From IMG/VR virus record IMGVR_UViG_3300047994_000374, positions 62,001-126,000 of that record: a stretch of DNA of 64,000 bases. One strand, written 5' to 3'. The position numbers and the translations under genes are program-made. Below, piece by piece: positions 37,372 through 47,233 of this stretch. How positions within the stretch are numbered: the stretch's first letter is position 1; every line of letters begins with the position of its first letter. Under the pieces are notes generated by a model. The model worked only from the letters and a program-made list of their open reading frames with translations, was not told where the DNA came from and did no database searches.

Positions 37372-37604
37372 AAAAATGCCCCTAACTTTTTAAGTCGCTT
37401 GATAAATTGATAAGATTTTTGATAAGGTATTACAATGCTATATTTTTCAATTAATTGTGTAAAAAGATATGGTTCTTCACTATAAGAAGTATAATGTGCA
37501 ACATATTTATCTGTAAAATCCCATATATCAAGATTAGTGATCCTTGTTTTATTGTAGAATTTAAATGAGAAACACGTGCCATCGTATCCGTCTAATTTAG
37601 CCAT
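37368..37604 (-). CDS. 5'-truncated array member lacking the Zn finger
   Basis: Ends PYQKSYQFIKRLKKLGAFL, similar to 32631-32942. Confidence 0.6.
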   Translation of the reverse strand: MAKLDGYDGTCFSFKFYNKTRITNLDIWDFTDKYVAHYTSYSEEPYLFTQLIEKYSIVIPYQKSYQFIKRLKKLGAFL

Positions 37605-37718
37605 AAATATATTCTTTTATCATGTTTTATATTTAACTCTGTCGACTTTAATGCACTTTTATAATAACAACTGCTTTAGCTCTTGACAAGAGGCAAAAGA
37701 TTATTAAATTCAATATAA

Positions 37719-38183
37719 ATGATCCGTTCGACTAAACATTATTTTCAAAACATTAACTCAGGAAAACTTCAAGTTGTTTCTGAGTTCTTGTCGGCATATC
37801 GTTTAGCGACTCAGAACTATATTGATTATATTTGGACATCTACTTTTAAGGATGGGTATGGAGAAACTTGTTTCGACATACCCAATGATAAACTTAATCT
37901 TCCTAAATATTTAAACTATCAAGCTATTACTTTTCCTACTGAACTTTCTGCAAGGGCTTTATCTTCAAGTTTAATGCAAGCTATCGGAATAGTCAAAGGC
38001 GTTTTAGCATTTCGAAAGAAGACTTTATGGATCATTGAGAAGCGAAAGTCCGAAGGGCTTTCGACAGCTTATTGGGAAAGAAAACTCAAGCCCGTCTTTA
38101 AGCCCACATTAAATAATGCTTTTCAAGCAGAACTTTCCTCCAAGAATATTGATTTTCAAGAGGGCAAGAGTTTTGATTTATAA
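37719..38183 (+). mobile_element. Truncated IS200/IS605-family TnpB-like ORF (N-terminal part only)
   Basis: Opposite strand inside the array; MIRSTKH...LSARAL...QAIGIVK resembles phage TnpB N-termini; no RuvC or Zn-ribbon part; flanking array genes are damaged. Confidence 0.5.
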
Positions 38184-38451
38184 ATAATTCGCTTGACCTT
38201 TATAAAATTCCATTTGATTTCAGACATTTAAAGTTGAACGTAAAGGGCTTCTTCTGGAAAGAAGAAGGACTTTATGATTTAAATGGTGAGGAGCTTATAG
38301 TCCCTCATACTAAACAAAATGAATAATATAAAAAGATATGTTATTCATAACTCTAATTCTACAGTATGACGGGCATTAGAGCGGTCGCACTTCCAATCAA
38401 TTTTTGTTCTTGTCATTTCATGTTCGCAAACAATACAACGAGGATTATGTT

Positions 38452-38871
38452 TCATAAAAATGCCTTTAATATTTTTAATCGTTCATAGGTTTGCATGGCG
38501 TATTCTAACAAATTAATTTCAGACCAAATGGGAAATTTCCAAGGAACGCGATCTAAATCCTTTAAAAAGAAAGCGGACCCTCCAAGATGCTTTGTAATTG
38601 CAAATGATGTGATGGTTTCTTTTATTTTATCTGATAAATGATACCTAAAAGATAAATACTTATTGGTTTTTGGAACGGCGATGTGAATGACTGCGCTTGA
38701 AACACGATCTCGACTCTGCCATGGTATTGCGTATTCTACCCTCACTTTATAGGCAGATGTGTTATTGTCAATCATACAATTGGCACAAAATGCAAATGAA
38801 GATATATAATTTTTTGTTAATTTAAGGGGTCCATTACAAAAAATACAGGGCTTTGTTAAAAATATATCCAT
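38452..38871 (-). CDS. Zn-finger/xxFL family protein
   Basis: CIFC...CANC; ends LKAFL. Confidence 0.75.
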   Translation of the reverse strand: MDIFLTKPCIFCNGPLKLTKNYISSFAFCANCMIDNNTSAYKVRVEYAIPWQSRDRVSSAVIHIAVPKTNKYLSFRYHLSDKIKETITSFAITKHLGGSAFFLKDLDRVPWKFPIWSEINLLEYAMQTYERLKILKAFL

Positions 38872-39003
38872 AGAGATCTTTCAAGTATAATGATGAAAGT
38901 AACAAAATCAAGCGTGGCGATTATTTTTGCATATTTATTATTGTCGAAAGCACTTTATTTACTAATTGAGGTAAGTGTAAGTTGCCAGCAATAAAGAGGA
39001 AAT

Positions 39004-39687
39004 ATGGGCAAATTTTTAAGATTAATAGGGCTTTTCATGGTAGTATGTTTGGCTTCAGGGTGCGGCACTTCACTTTACAGCTATCGACAAGGTTCAGTCC
39101 CTGCTCATGTTAATCATCCTCGAAACATTGCAATTTGGCTTGATGCCCGTTTTACTCCTGCCCAAGATAAAGAGTTAGAAGATGCAATTGATGAATGGAA
39201 CGGTGTATTTAATGGTCAAATCATACTCAAGCTTCAAACGAAAGATGCCTATTATACGGATGAAAAAGGTAAATTACACGCTATCAAAGAGCTTGTAACT
39301 TTTCGAACCACTGAAGAAGCAAAAGATTTAATTACAAATAGCGAAAAATCTGACTTGGGATGGGTTATTATGGACATCCCAGATGATGATCCAATGCTTC
39401 AAGGCTCTGATGTTGAAGGTGTTTTGGCTTTCGTGCCAGGATTTAATGAGCACTATGGCGTTTTTCTAATGGAGCATTTTGGTGACCGATCTCTACGTGA
39501 CGTGGCTCTTCATGAATTTGGACATCTTTTAGGGGCGCCACATATTAGCGCGCCTTCTTTAATGAACCCAACATACGGGTATAATCAACTTACATGTATT
39601 GATAAGGTTACGGTTCTTGAAGTAGCTAATTATTGGCACATCGATCCATCTACTTTAAATTATTGTTCAACGCCATTTTACCCATAA
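39004..39687 (+). CDS. Lipoprotein metzincin (matrixin-like) metalloprotease
   Basis: Lipobox LASGC; HEFGHLLGAPH plus LMNP; GAGG upstream. Confidence 0.85.
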   Translation: MGKFLRLIGLFMVVCLASGCGTSLYSYRQGSVPAHVNHPRNIAIWLDARFTPAQDKELEDAIDEWNGVFNGQIILKLQTKDAYYTDEKGKLHAIKELVTFRTTEEAKDLITNSEKSDLGWVIMDIPDDDPMLQGSDVEGVLAFVPGFNEHYGVFLMEHFGDRSLRDVALHEFGHLLGAPHISAPSLMNPTYGYNQLTCIDKVTVLEVANYWHIDPSTLNYCSTPFYP

Positions 39688-39688
39688 C

Positions 39689-40297
39689 ATGAAGAAATCT
39701 TTTATATTTATATGCTTCTTATTTGTTATAAGTGCATTTGGATGTGGTGCTCAACCTCCCGGCTACTATTGGGCTGTCACTACTCCCGCGAACAATGTGG
39801 GAAGAGTTATTCCTATTTGGGTTGATAACAATTTTAGCGAGCAAGATAAACTTACACTATCTGACGCTATCAATCAATGGAATTATGTTCTTAATGGTCA
39901 AATCACTTTAGACATTGTTGATACGCACTTTGATATGGAAGATAATAAAATCAAAGAGGCGGGCAACAAAGGTGGGTGGCTATTCTTAAAGATTGATCAT
40001 AACAATCCATTCATACCCTCAACCGGTCCAGATTTGGTTACACTGGCTTTTGCTGATCAAATCGGGGGACATACCATATTTTTTGTTCAGGATGTTATGG
40101 GTCAAAATAGACTGCCTGGGGTGGCGCTTCATGAGATCGGACATTTACTGGGAGCAGAGCATGATAGCAGTGGATTGATGTTCCCACGTTATTCGGCTCA
40201 TGGATTCTCTTGTGTGGATGAATTGGCAATGAAAGAGGTGGCAGAGTTCTTTCATTTGGATGCTTCAAGAATGAATTATTGCGTTAACCTTCAATAA
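39689..40297 (+). CDS. Lipoprotein metzincin metalloprotease, tandem paralog
   Basis: Lipobox AFGC; HEIGHLLGAEH plus LMFP. Confidence 0.85.
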   Translation: MKKSFIFICFLFVISAFGCGAQPPGYYWAVTTPANNVGRVIPIWVDNNFSEQDKLTLSDAINQWNYVLNGQITLDIVDTHFDMEDNKIKEAGNKGGWLFLKIDHNNPFIPSTGPDLVTLAFADQIGGHTIFFVQDVMGQNRLPGVALHEIGHLLGAEHDSSGLMFPRYSAHGFSCVDELAMKEVAEFFHLDASRMNYCVNLQ

Positions 40298-40659
40298 AAA
40301 TTAATAAGTTTTTCTAAACGATCTTGATGAGCCTTTGCTTCTGTCATCCAGTTATTCGGATTTGCAGATAGCGGCATATAATCTTTAACTCTAATAAGTT
40401 CTTCCAAAGTCATTGCATTTAAAATGGTTGAATGGCGCACATAAACTAATGGTCCAGAAGAATCATCACCCATATCAGATAGAAAATTATATTTGTTATT
40501 CATAAGGCGATAAAAAAACGGCAAGCCATTTTCATTAACCATAAATGTTGATCCGTTATATTCACATCCCCAATTGTGTGTAAATATCATTCGATCAAAA
40601 TTTATTTTTTTATTTAAAGCCATACTGCATGACGGACAAATAATATCGAAATCAATCAT
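40291..40659 (-). CDS. Zn-finger/xxF family protein
   Basis: CPSC; ends LINFY. Confidence 0.7.
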   Translation of the reverse strand: MIDFDIICPSCSMALNKKINFDRMIFTHNWGCEYNGSTFMVNENGLPFFYRLMNNKYNFLSDMGDDSSGPLVYVRHSTILNAMTLEELIRVKDYMPLSANPNNWMTEAKAHQDRLEKLINFY

Positions 40660-41015
40660 AAAAATGTCAATAGTATTTCTAATTTAGATTTAATATTTTG
40701 AGGCGTCATAGTGTATCTAACATCTTCAAATCGTTTTAGTAATTGCAAATCCTTATTAATCTGAACGCCTGGAATACCCGGAATCTTAACTTCATACAAA
40801 TGTACGACATCTCCTAAAAGTTTTGACCAACGATACATTTTATTATGAATGGAGATGTAAAGCGATACGACGGCAGGTTTACTTTGATTGCGGAAAAATA
40901 CATATTCCGCTTGATATGGATCGCAAAAATAAACCCTCGCATTATACGTGTCCATTTCTGGGAGCGGTTTATATTCAGCATTTTCTTCACAAAACTTACA
41001 TGGAGCTATCATCAT
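40656..41015 (-). CDS. Zn-finger/xxF family protein
   Basis: CKFC; ends LLTFL. Confidence 0.75.
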   Translation of the reverse strand: MMIAPCKFCEENAEYKPLPEMDTYNARVYFCDPYQAEYVFFRNQSKPAVVSLYISIHNKMYRWSKLLGDVVHLYEVKIPGIPGVQINKDLQLLKRFEDVRYTMTPQNIKSKLEILLTFL

Positions 41016-41401
41016 GAGAAGGCGATAAGTATATTTACCTTCCTTTTGAGTTCTTCTAATATTGGGAAGTCTGGGGAAATCATTTTAGGTAAATCAATGT
41101 ATTGTGGCGGTCCATGAGGTTCCAAAATAATGATACGAGACTTATTATTTACATAATCAATTTCGATAAATTTATTATGAGTAGTATCGCTTTTATTTAT
41201 GGAAATTTTTATCATATCAATTTTATTAGTGGCGCTATCAATAAGCAAATGAATATAATGATCTTCTTCTGAAATACAACCCCTATCAATATAATCTGAC
41301 ATCTTTTTAATTAGATAAACATAACGAGTAAATGGTCTATAGCTTTTTAATCGGCTGGAACAAATAGGGCAAAACAAACAATCATCCATCCCTTTATACA
41401 A
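41012..41401 (-). CDS. Zn-finger/xxF family protein
   Basis: CPIC...C...DH; ends LIAFS. Confidence 0.75.
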   Translation of the reverse strand: MYKGMDDCLFCPICSSRLKSYRPFTRYVYLIKKMSDYIDRGCISEEDHYIHLLIDSATNKIDMIKISINKSDTTHNKFIEIDYVNNKSRIIILEPHGPPQYIDLPKMISPDFPILEELKRKVNILIAFS

Positions 41402-41402
41402 A

Positions 41403-41741
41403 TTAAGAGAAGGTTATTAATTTATTAAGCTTATTTAAGAACTTCTTGTAGTCTTTTAATCTTTCAGTAGTTACTTCGATATATGGTAAAACAACATGAT
41501 TACTCGGCTCAAGTAATAATAATGTTTTAAACTCTGTATCAAATTGAAAAACGCGCTTGGGATTATTCGAATGCAAATTAACCACAGTGACATGTTTATT
41601 GTTGGTATGTGAGACGCACTCAAACACATGATCGAGACGCAAATTGCATGTTTGCGTTAATAGCTCTGACCCATCAATAAACTCCATAAAATCATTGACA
41701 AGCGGGGAATTACAGCAGGGGCAATTTATTGGTGTTCTCAA
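41403..41741 (-). CDS. Zn-finger/xxF family protein
   Basis: CPCC...C...DH; ends LITFS. Confidence 0.75.
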   Translation of the reverse strand: MRTPINCPCCNSPLVNDFMEFIDGSELLTQTCNLRLDHVFECVSHTNNKHVTVVNLHSNNPKRVFQFDTEFKTLLLLEPSNHVVLPYIEVTTERLKDYKKFLNKLNKLITFS

Positions 41742-41750
41742 CCAGTTCCT

Positions 41751-42422
41751 TCAAGAGAATAACAAAATCTTTCGAAGCTTATCTACGAGAGTTTGTTTGC
41801 TCTTAAAGCTATATAACGGAAGAATTGAGAGTTCGATTTTCGTTGGGGCGAGAGGGCTTGTTTTATCAATGCGATCGGCAAATAGGATGGATTTATTGGT
41901 ATTGAAGTCCGTCTCAATTTGATAGAGAGTTGTGCTGTCGTTTATTAAAAGGCGCTCGGATTTTAAAGCAATTAACTCTATGATGCCTTTATTGAAGTTA
42001 AATTTTAAAGGATGAGTTGATATCTCGCAACAACAATAATGACAATAAGAACGAAGAGTTAAATATTTTTCATTGCCTTGTAGATATTTTTTTAAGAAGT
42101 CTTCATTGTTGGTGCGTATTTTTTGAGTTAGATAATTGACTTCTAAATAAATAAATTCTGAATAGCCCATTTTAAGCTCAAAGGAAACCTCATTGGGAGT
42201 TGAGGTACCGGAACGGGAATGGACAGGGATACCAAAGGAATTGCGATAGTTTAGATCAATACTAACACTGCGCTGACAATTAAAGCAGGGGTTATTATAG
42301 GAGACGAAATCTTTAATTGTGAAGGATTTGGGCACATAGAAATGCCAGTTTAAGAGTGCCAAAAATAATTTTGATATAAATGACGATTTTTTGGGGCAGC
42401 GAGTGGGCAGCGGATTACTCAA
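41751..42422 (-). CDS. Long Zn-finger/xxF family protein
   Basis: CFNC...CHYC; ends ILLFS. Confidence 0.7.
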   Translation of the reverse strand: MSNPLPTRCPKKSSFISKLFLALLNWHFYVPKSFTIKDFVSYNNPCFNCQRSVSIDLNYRNSFGIPVHSRSGTSTPNEVSFELKMGYSEFIYLEVNYLTQKIRTNNEDFLKKYLQGNEKYLTLRSYCHYCCCEISTHPLKFNFNKGIIELIALKSERLLINDSTTLYQIETDFNTNKSILFADRIDKTSPLAPTKIELSILPLYSFKSKQTLVDKLRKILLFS

Positions 42423-42491
42423 CTACATGATTTTATTAACCAGTTCACGCTTCATTGAGAGTTTTAACAATAAAATCAAATAGTTACGTGG

Positions 42492-42520
42492 TTGACAGTA
42501 TTAAAAACGAGAACTACATT
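42492..42520 (+). promoter_or_regulatory. Sigma70-type promoter
   Basis: TTGACA-17-TACATT. Confidence 0.6.
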
Positions 42521-42574
42521 GACCAATATCGACGAAGCACATTTCACCAAACAAACAAGAAAGAGCAGTACATT

Positions 42575-42748
42575 ATGAAGAAGACAATAACGATTAAGTA
42601 TGAATTTACATCTGGACAAAATATGTCAGGATACAGTAACGCAGGAAAAGCCTCAGAATCCGATGAGTTTGCCAAGTTAGAAGAGCAATTTGAAGAGCTT
42701 GCCAAGAGATTCAATGTAACAAAAGTAGTTATGAAGAAGGTCGACTGA
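42575..42748 (+). CDS. Small hypothetical protein
   Basis: ORF 42455-42748; ATG start MKKTITI lies downstream of the promoter. Confidence 0.5.
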   Translation: MKKTITIKYEFTSGQNMSGYSNAGKASESDEFAKLEEQFEELAKRFNVTKVVMKKVD

Positions 42749-42994
42749 TTAAATAGCCCATCGAGCGATTACTATCAAACGATGGGCGCCAATTCCCATT
42801 TATCAATAAAATAGTGTAGCAAAATGCAGCAGTTAAATTTAAGCAAAACAATTAATCAAGGAAACGACAATGGAAAACGAAACTTTTTATGTTGCAGATG
42901 ATGGCGAAATCATTATTAAAACGGGAAATTATGTATGGTCTGATGGCAGCATTCATAATGAACGTGAAGAATTTAAACTGGATAAGGAAGAATT

Positions 42995-43777
42995 ATGAAG
43001 ATATGCTCACAATGCAGGTTTGAAGGGGAAAACAATCTATTTCCTCGTGGCAACAGATGTATTACTTGTCATAAGGCCTATCACAGTGCTTATAAAAAAG
43101 ATTGGCGAAATAAAAATAAAGATAAAATATTTACATATAATAAGCAATATGTGAAAGATCATCCTGAACAAACTAAAGCTATCCAGAAACGTAGTCGAAA
43201 TAAAAATAAAGAAAAGTATAAACCATATAAGAAAACATATAATAAAAAATATATAGAAGAGCATAAAGAAGATCTTGCTATTTCTAATAAAATTTGGCGC
43301 GAGAACAATAAAGAGCACTTAAAAATAGAAAAGAAAAAAGATTATGAACGCAACAAAGAGCACTATCAGCAATTAGCTATTATTAACTATGAAAATAATA
43401 AAGAAGAAATAAACAAGAAAAAGTATCAGCGTAAAAAGAAACGATTGAAAAATGATCCCGCTTTTCGCTGTATGCAAAATGCATCTAGACATGCCAATTT
43501 AATGCTGCATAGTCAAGGTGGAAGTAAAATGGGAAACTCCTTTTCTAAGCGACTTGGCTATTCTTCTATTGAATTTAAAAAACATATAGAAAATCAATTT
43601 ACTCCTGAAATGAGCTGGGATAACTATGGTACTTATTGGCATCTCGATCATATCATTCCCCATTCCCATACACCTTATGATTCAATGGAGCATCCTAATT
43701 TCTTAAAGGCTTGGGCACTTTCAAATCTTCGTCCACTAGAGGCTCATCAAAATATGAGTGAAGGTAATCGTCGATAA
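42995..43777 (+). CDS. HNH-family endonuclease with Lys-rich repeats
   Basis: MSWDNYGTYWHLDHIIP...LSNLRPL...N. Confidence 0.8.
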   Translation: MKICSQCRFEGENNLFPRGNRCITCHKAYHSAYKKDWRNKNKDKIFTYNKQYVKDHPEQTKAIQKRSRNKNKEKYKPYKKTYNKKYIEEHKEDLAISNKIWRENNKEHLKIEKKKDYERNKEHYQQLAIINYENNKEEINKKKYQRKKKRLKNDPAFRCMQNASRHANLMLHSQGGSKMGNSFSKRLGYSSIEFKKHIENQFTPEMSWDNYGTYWHLDHIIPHSHTPYDSMEHPNFLKAWALSNLRPLEAHQNMSEGNRR

Positions 43778-43779
43778 AT

Positions 43780-44859
43780 TTAATTGACGTGTTTCCAAGT
43801 CCTGCCAGATATAACATCCATTATAGTTACTTTCGACACTCCAAATATTTTTGCCATTTCTTTTGCTGTTTTACCTTCAGAATCTAATTCTCTTATTTGC
43901 TTAACAGATTCTTCATTCAATATTTTACTTGGATCTTTTCGTTTTTCAAAAATCATATCAGGAAATATATGTTTCCATGTTTTGCTATTTTGGATATCAT
44001 ATATGGTAGTTTCTGATACTTGATATAATTCGGCAAGTTTAGACGTTGATTGTAAATCTTCATGCAACGCTAATTTTATTTCAATAACCTTATCTTCATT
44101 TAAAAAATCTATATTGTGTCGTCTTTGTTTTGGAATTATTTCATTTGGCAAAATATGCGTCCACATTCGTCCTGTACGAATATCATTAATAGTTTTGCGA
44201 TGAACGCCATATTGCTTTCCTATTTCTGTATCTGACAAATCTGTATTAATAAAAAGTCTTTTTATTTCAGTAACTTTCTCTTCATTTAATTTGGCTTGTG
44301 GATTTTTACTTCCAGTTTTATTTTCTTTATCTTTTTCTTTTGCACTATCTGGTCTCACTTTTCCTCTTCCCGCCTTACTTAAAGCTTTACAATGTTCTGG
44401 ACTTAATATTTTACCCATATGCGCTTCACTTAATGAAGCTTTGTGTTCCTCTGATTTTGGAACACCACTTGATGCCATACTCATTTTTAATTTAGACTCT
44501 TCTGAATGTAAATGCCCGCACGCGCCTTCACCTCCATCAGTTAAATTATACCCATATCTATCTCCGTATTTACATATATTTGATTTATATTCTTTTATCC
44601 AAAACTGCTCTCTATCGAGGATGATAAGTTCATCTTTATTAGATTCTAAAATTTTAAATTCGAAATTGTTTAACCCATATTTATTAATGGCTTTGTGCAC
44701 AACAAATGAATTTTTATCAATTATACGGGATTGTCTTTTATGACTGTTCCATCGAGATTTTGGATTATTTGTTTTCCCAATATACACCTTGTTGTTTAAT
44801 AAGTTCTTAATTATATAGATATAAAACATTGACGATCCTTTTCGATCGTCATATATCAA
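43780..44859 (-). CDS. GIY-YIG homing endonuclease with NUMOD3 and HTH repeats
   Basis: YIYIIKN...VYIGKT...R...H; GYNLTDGGEG; HSEESKLKMS repeats; three C-terminal HTH-like repeats. Confidence 0.9.
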   Translation of the reverse strand: MIYDDRKGSSMFYIYIIKNLLNNKVYIGKTNNPKSRWNSHKRQSRIIDKNSFVVHKAINKYGLNNFEFKILESNKDELIILDREQFWIKEYKSNICKYGDRYGYNLTDGGEGACGHLHSEESKLKMSMASSGVPKSEEHKASLSEAHMGKILSPEHCKALSKAGRGKVRPDSAKEKDKENKTGSKNPQAKLNEEKVTEIKRLFINTDLSDTEIGKQYGVHRKTINDIRTGRMWTHILPNEIIPKQRRHNIDFLNEDKVIEIKLALHEDLQSTSKLAELYQVSETTIYDIQNSKTWKHIFPDMIFEKRKDPSKILNEESVKQIRELDSEGKTAKEMAKIFGVSKVTIMDVISGRTWKHVN

Positions 44860-44873
44860 GAGAAATTAAATAT

Positions 44874-45962
44874 TTACGCTGACTTGATTTTTCTTAGCAT
44901 TGCTATTAAAAATTCCTGAACATCTCCATCAAGAACCTTATGAAAATCTCTCACAGTATAATCTGTGCGATGGTCTTTTACTATTTGTTGCGGCTCAAGG
45001 AAGTACGACCGTATTTGTGCACCAAATGATGCGCTTGATTGAACGGATAATTTGGCGTCAATCAACTCTTGTTTCTTTTTCATCTCAATATCATAAAGTT
45101 TTGACTTCAACATTTTAAGAGCATTTGCTTTATTTTGATGATAATCCCTCTCTGCACTTACGATAAAACTAATGCCAGAGGGAAAGTGTTTTATTCTACA
45201 TGCCGACGCGACGCGATTTTGATTCTGACCCCCAGAACCTGTACGAGTTTGTCCAATCATTTCAACATCTTTGTCGTCAATCTTAATGTCAATTGTATCT
45301 TCAATATCCGCAGAAACTTGGACCGCAGCGAAGCTTGTTTGCCTTGCATTACCTGCATTGAAGGGGCTATTGCGGATTAACCTCATTACGCCATTTTCAC
45401 CCTTCAAAAATCCATAAGCATACTTCCCCTCGATTCGTATTGACACATTATCAATACAAATCGAACTATGCTCTTCACTATCTTTACGATCCAACAACTC
45501 TACCTTAAACCCTTGAGCAGCAGCATATCGACAATACATTCGATACAGCATACTTACCCAATTACATGCTTCCGCCCCACCCGCTCCAGCACTTATAGTC
45601 AAAATAGCAGGAGCATCATCAGTTGGCTCACAAAGCATCAACTCAAATTCAATCGTCTCCATTCGCCCCAGAATGCCTTTTAACACGCTTTCAATCTCAC
45701 CCTCACTGCCTTCTCCCTCTGAAAGCAAAAGCTCGTTAAAAGCTATTGTATCCCTAAACTCAAGCATCCCTGCAACGAGACCTGCCAGCTTCTCTCGTTC
45801 CTTCATTAATGGGATAGCTTTCGCTGAGTTATGCCAGAAATCAATCTTCTCTGCCGCAGCATCAATTTCCTCAATACGACGCTGATGAAATGTAACTGGA
45901 ATGAGCTTCTCCAGAACGATCATTTTCTCTTGGCATTGTTCTAATAATTGATGTGCGCTCAT
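44874..45962 (-). CDS. prfB: Peptide chain release factor 2
   Basis: GAGG.EA..W..ML.RMY; SPF specificity tripeptide; GGQ; QIRSY. Confidence 0.92.
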   Translation of the reverse strand: MSAHQLLEQCQEKMIVLEKLIPVTFHQRRIEEIDAAAEKIDFWHNSAKAIPLMKEREKLAGLVAGMLEFRDTIAFNELLLSEGEGSEGEIESVLKGILGRMETIEFELMLCEPTDDAPAILTISAGAGGAEACNWVSMLYRMYCRYAAAQGFKVELLDRKDSEEHSSICIDNVSIRIEGKYAYGFLKGENGVMRLIRNSPFNAGNARQTSFAAVQVSADIEDTIDIKIDDKDVEMIGQTRTGSGGQNQNRVASACRIKHFPSGISFIVSAERDYHQNKANALKMLKSKLYDIEMKKKQELIDAKLSVQSSASFGAQIRSYFLEPQQIVKDHRTDYTVRDFHKVLDGDVQEFLIAMLRKIKSA

Positions 45963-45971
45963 GATTTTACT

Positions 45972-46574
45972 TTAACCGAATGTTGTTAGGATTTCACATT
46001 TCTTGATGATGCTTTTATATTCAATGGGAAATTCCGGGAAATCTAAATTATATGTAATAGGCGTTCCCCAATTTTTTCTATAGGTAATAGCTCTTGAATT
46101 TGCATCTTTAATCAAATATGCTACATTACCATTTCCTTCACTTACCATCAACTCTTCTTGCAATAAATTTAAGAAGCATACATATCCTGTCGTTAAGTCA
46201 ATGGACATCCGAAATATTTGTTTATAGTGACTGCTTAGGCAAAAATACTGGAACTCTACATTTTGATACGGCGAGTATTCATTTGATAGTGTTCCGGGTG
46301 AGATATAATTCCATGCACAGTTCGCATCAAAACTCGCGGCTATTGAATAAGACTCAATGAAATTATTATAGACATTTGTTTTAAGATGCAGTTTGAATTC
46401 TTTAGTGTTTGATAAATTTTGTAATCGTGAATAGGTATAAAATTCTAATGGAATAGTAAATTCTATACTAGATCCATTCAATTGAAAAGAAAGTGATGAT
46501 ACAAGTTCTTGATTGCAGACCGGGCAAAATTGATGGCTTTGAACTAAAGCTGCTAATGTATTGGGCGGAATCAT
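45972..46574 (-). CDS. Long Zn-finger/xxF family protein
   Basis: CPVC; ends LTTFG. Confidence 0.65.
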   Translation of the reverse strand: MIPPNTLAALVQSHQFCPVCNQELVSSLSFQLNGSSIEFTIPLEFYTYSRLQNLSNTKEFKLHLKTNVYNNFIESYSIAASFDANCAWNYISPGTLSNEYSPYQNVEFQYFCLSSHYKQIFRMSIDLTTGYVCFLNLLQEELMVSEGNGNVAYLIKDANSRAITYRKNWGTPITYNLDFPEFPIEYKSIIKKCEILTTFG

Positions 46575-46583
46575 TAATTAAAA

Positions 46584-47213
46584 TTAAGTGCTTTCATCTT
46601 CGTAATAAGTATCATATATATTAACTGTTAATCCCGCATCTATAATAATGGGATGTCCATCTTTCGATCCGAATGAGGAGATGCGAGCTAAATCTCCAGG
46701 CAACAACTTCAACTTCTCGCCAATGCGCTTTACTTCTTTATAAATTTCTGATTCGCTTACTTCTTTAAAATTCTTTGGCTTTTCTTTACCTGAATTGCCC
46801 GATACTTTCTTCAGTCCATACTTAATTGCTTCACCGAAATCCTCAAAGGTTAAATCGGTCATTTCTTCAAATTGTTTTTCTGTAATCTTTTCGGCATAAG
46901 GAACTTCAATCCAAGAGTAATTCTTTGCATGTTTAATGGTTGAATTTAAATATTTTGATTTGATATCTGCAGTTGCCTCAGCTTCATTCTGAGCTAAACC
47001 TTTATCGTTCTTGGCTAACTTAATCACCGTATTGTCTTTTGTCAAATAAGTAATTCTGGATGAGCCCGATGAGATGTGTTTGAATGCTTTTTCAGCGATC
47101 TCTTTACGCTCATTGTAATGTTCGGCTTTTTCGATATCTTTTAGTGGATCGCCTTCTGCCAATGATAAGAAGCTAATTGCTAATTTGAGGATTTTTGCGT
47201 ATTTTAAGCCCAT
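46584..47213 (-). CDS. Protein-kinase-like fold protein
   Basis: SGSSR...VIKLA...NEAE...GDL...IIIDAG. Confidence 0.6.
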   Translation of the reverse strand: MGLKYAKILKLAISFLSLAEGDPLKDIEKAEHYNERKEIAEKAFKHISSGSSRITYLTKDNTVIKLAKNDKGLAQNEAEATADIKSKYLNSTIKHAKNYSWIEVPYAEKITEKQFEEMTDLTFEDFGEAIKYGLKKVSGNSGKEKPKNFKEVSESEIYKEVKRIGEKLKLLPGDLARISSFGSKDGHPIIIDAGLTVNIYDTYYEDEST

Positions 47214-47233
47214 AGAGTTATGTCAGGTTATGA

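Noticed and set aside
30031-38871. Diversity-generating retroelement behind the zinc-finger array
   Set aside because: No reverse transcriptase and no TR/VR pair differing only at adenines in this window; divergence affects whole genes.
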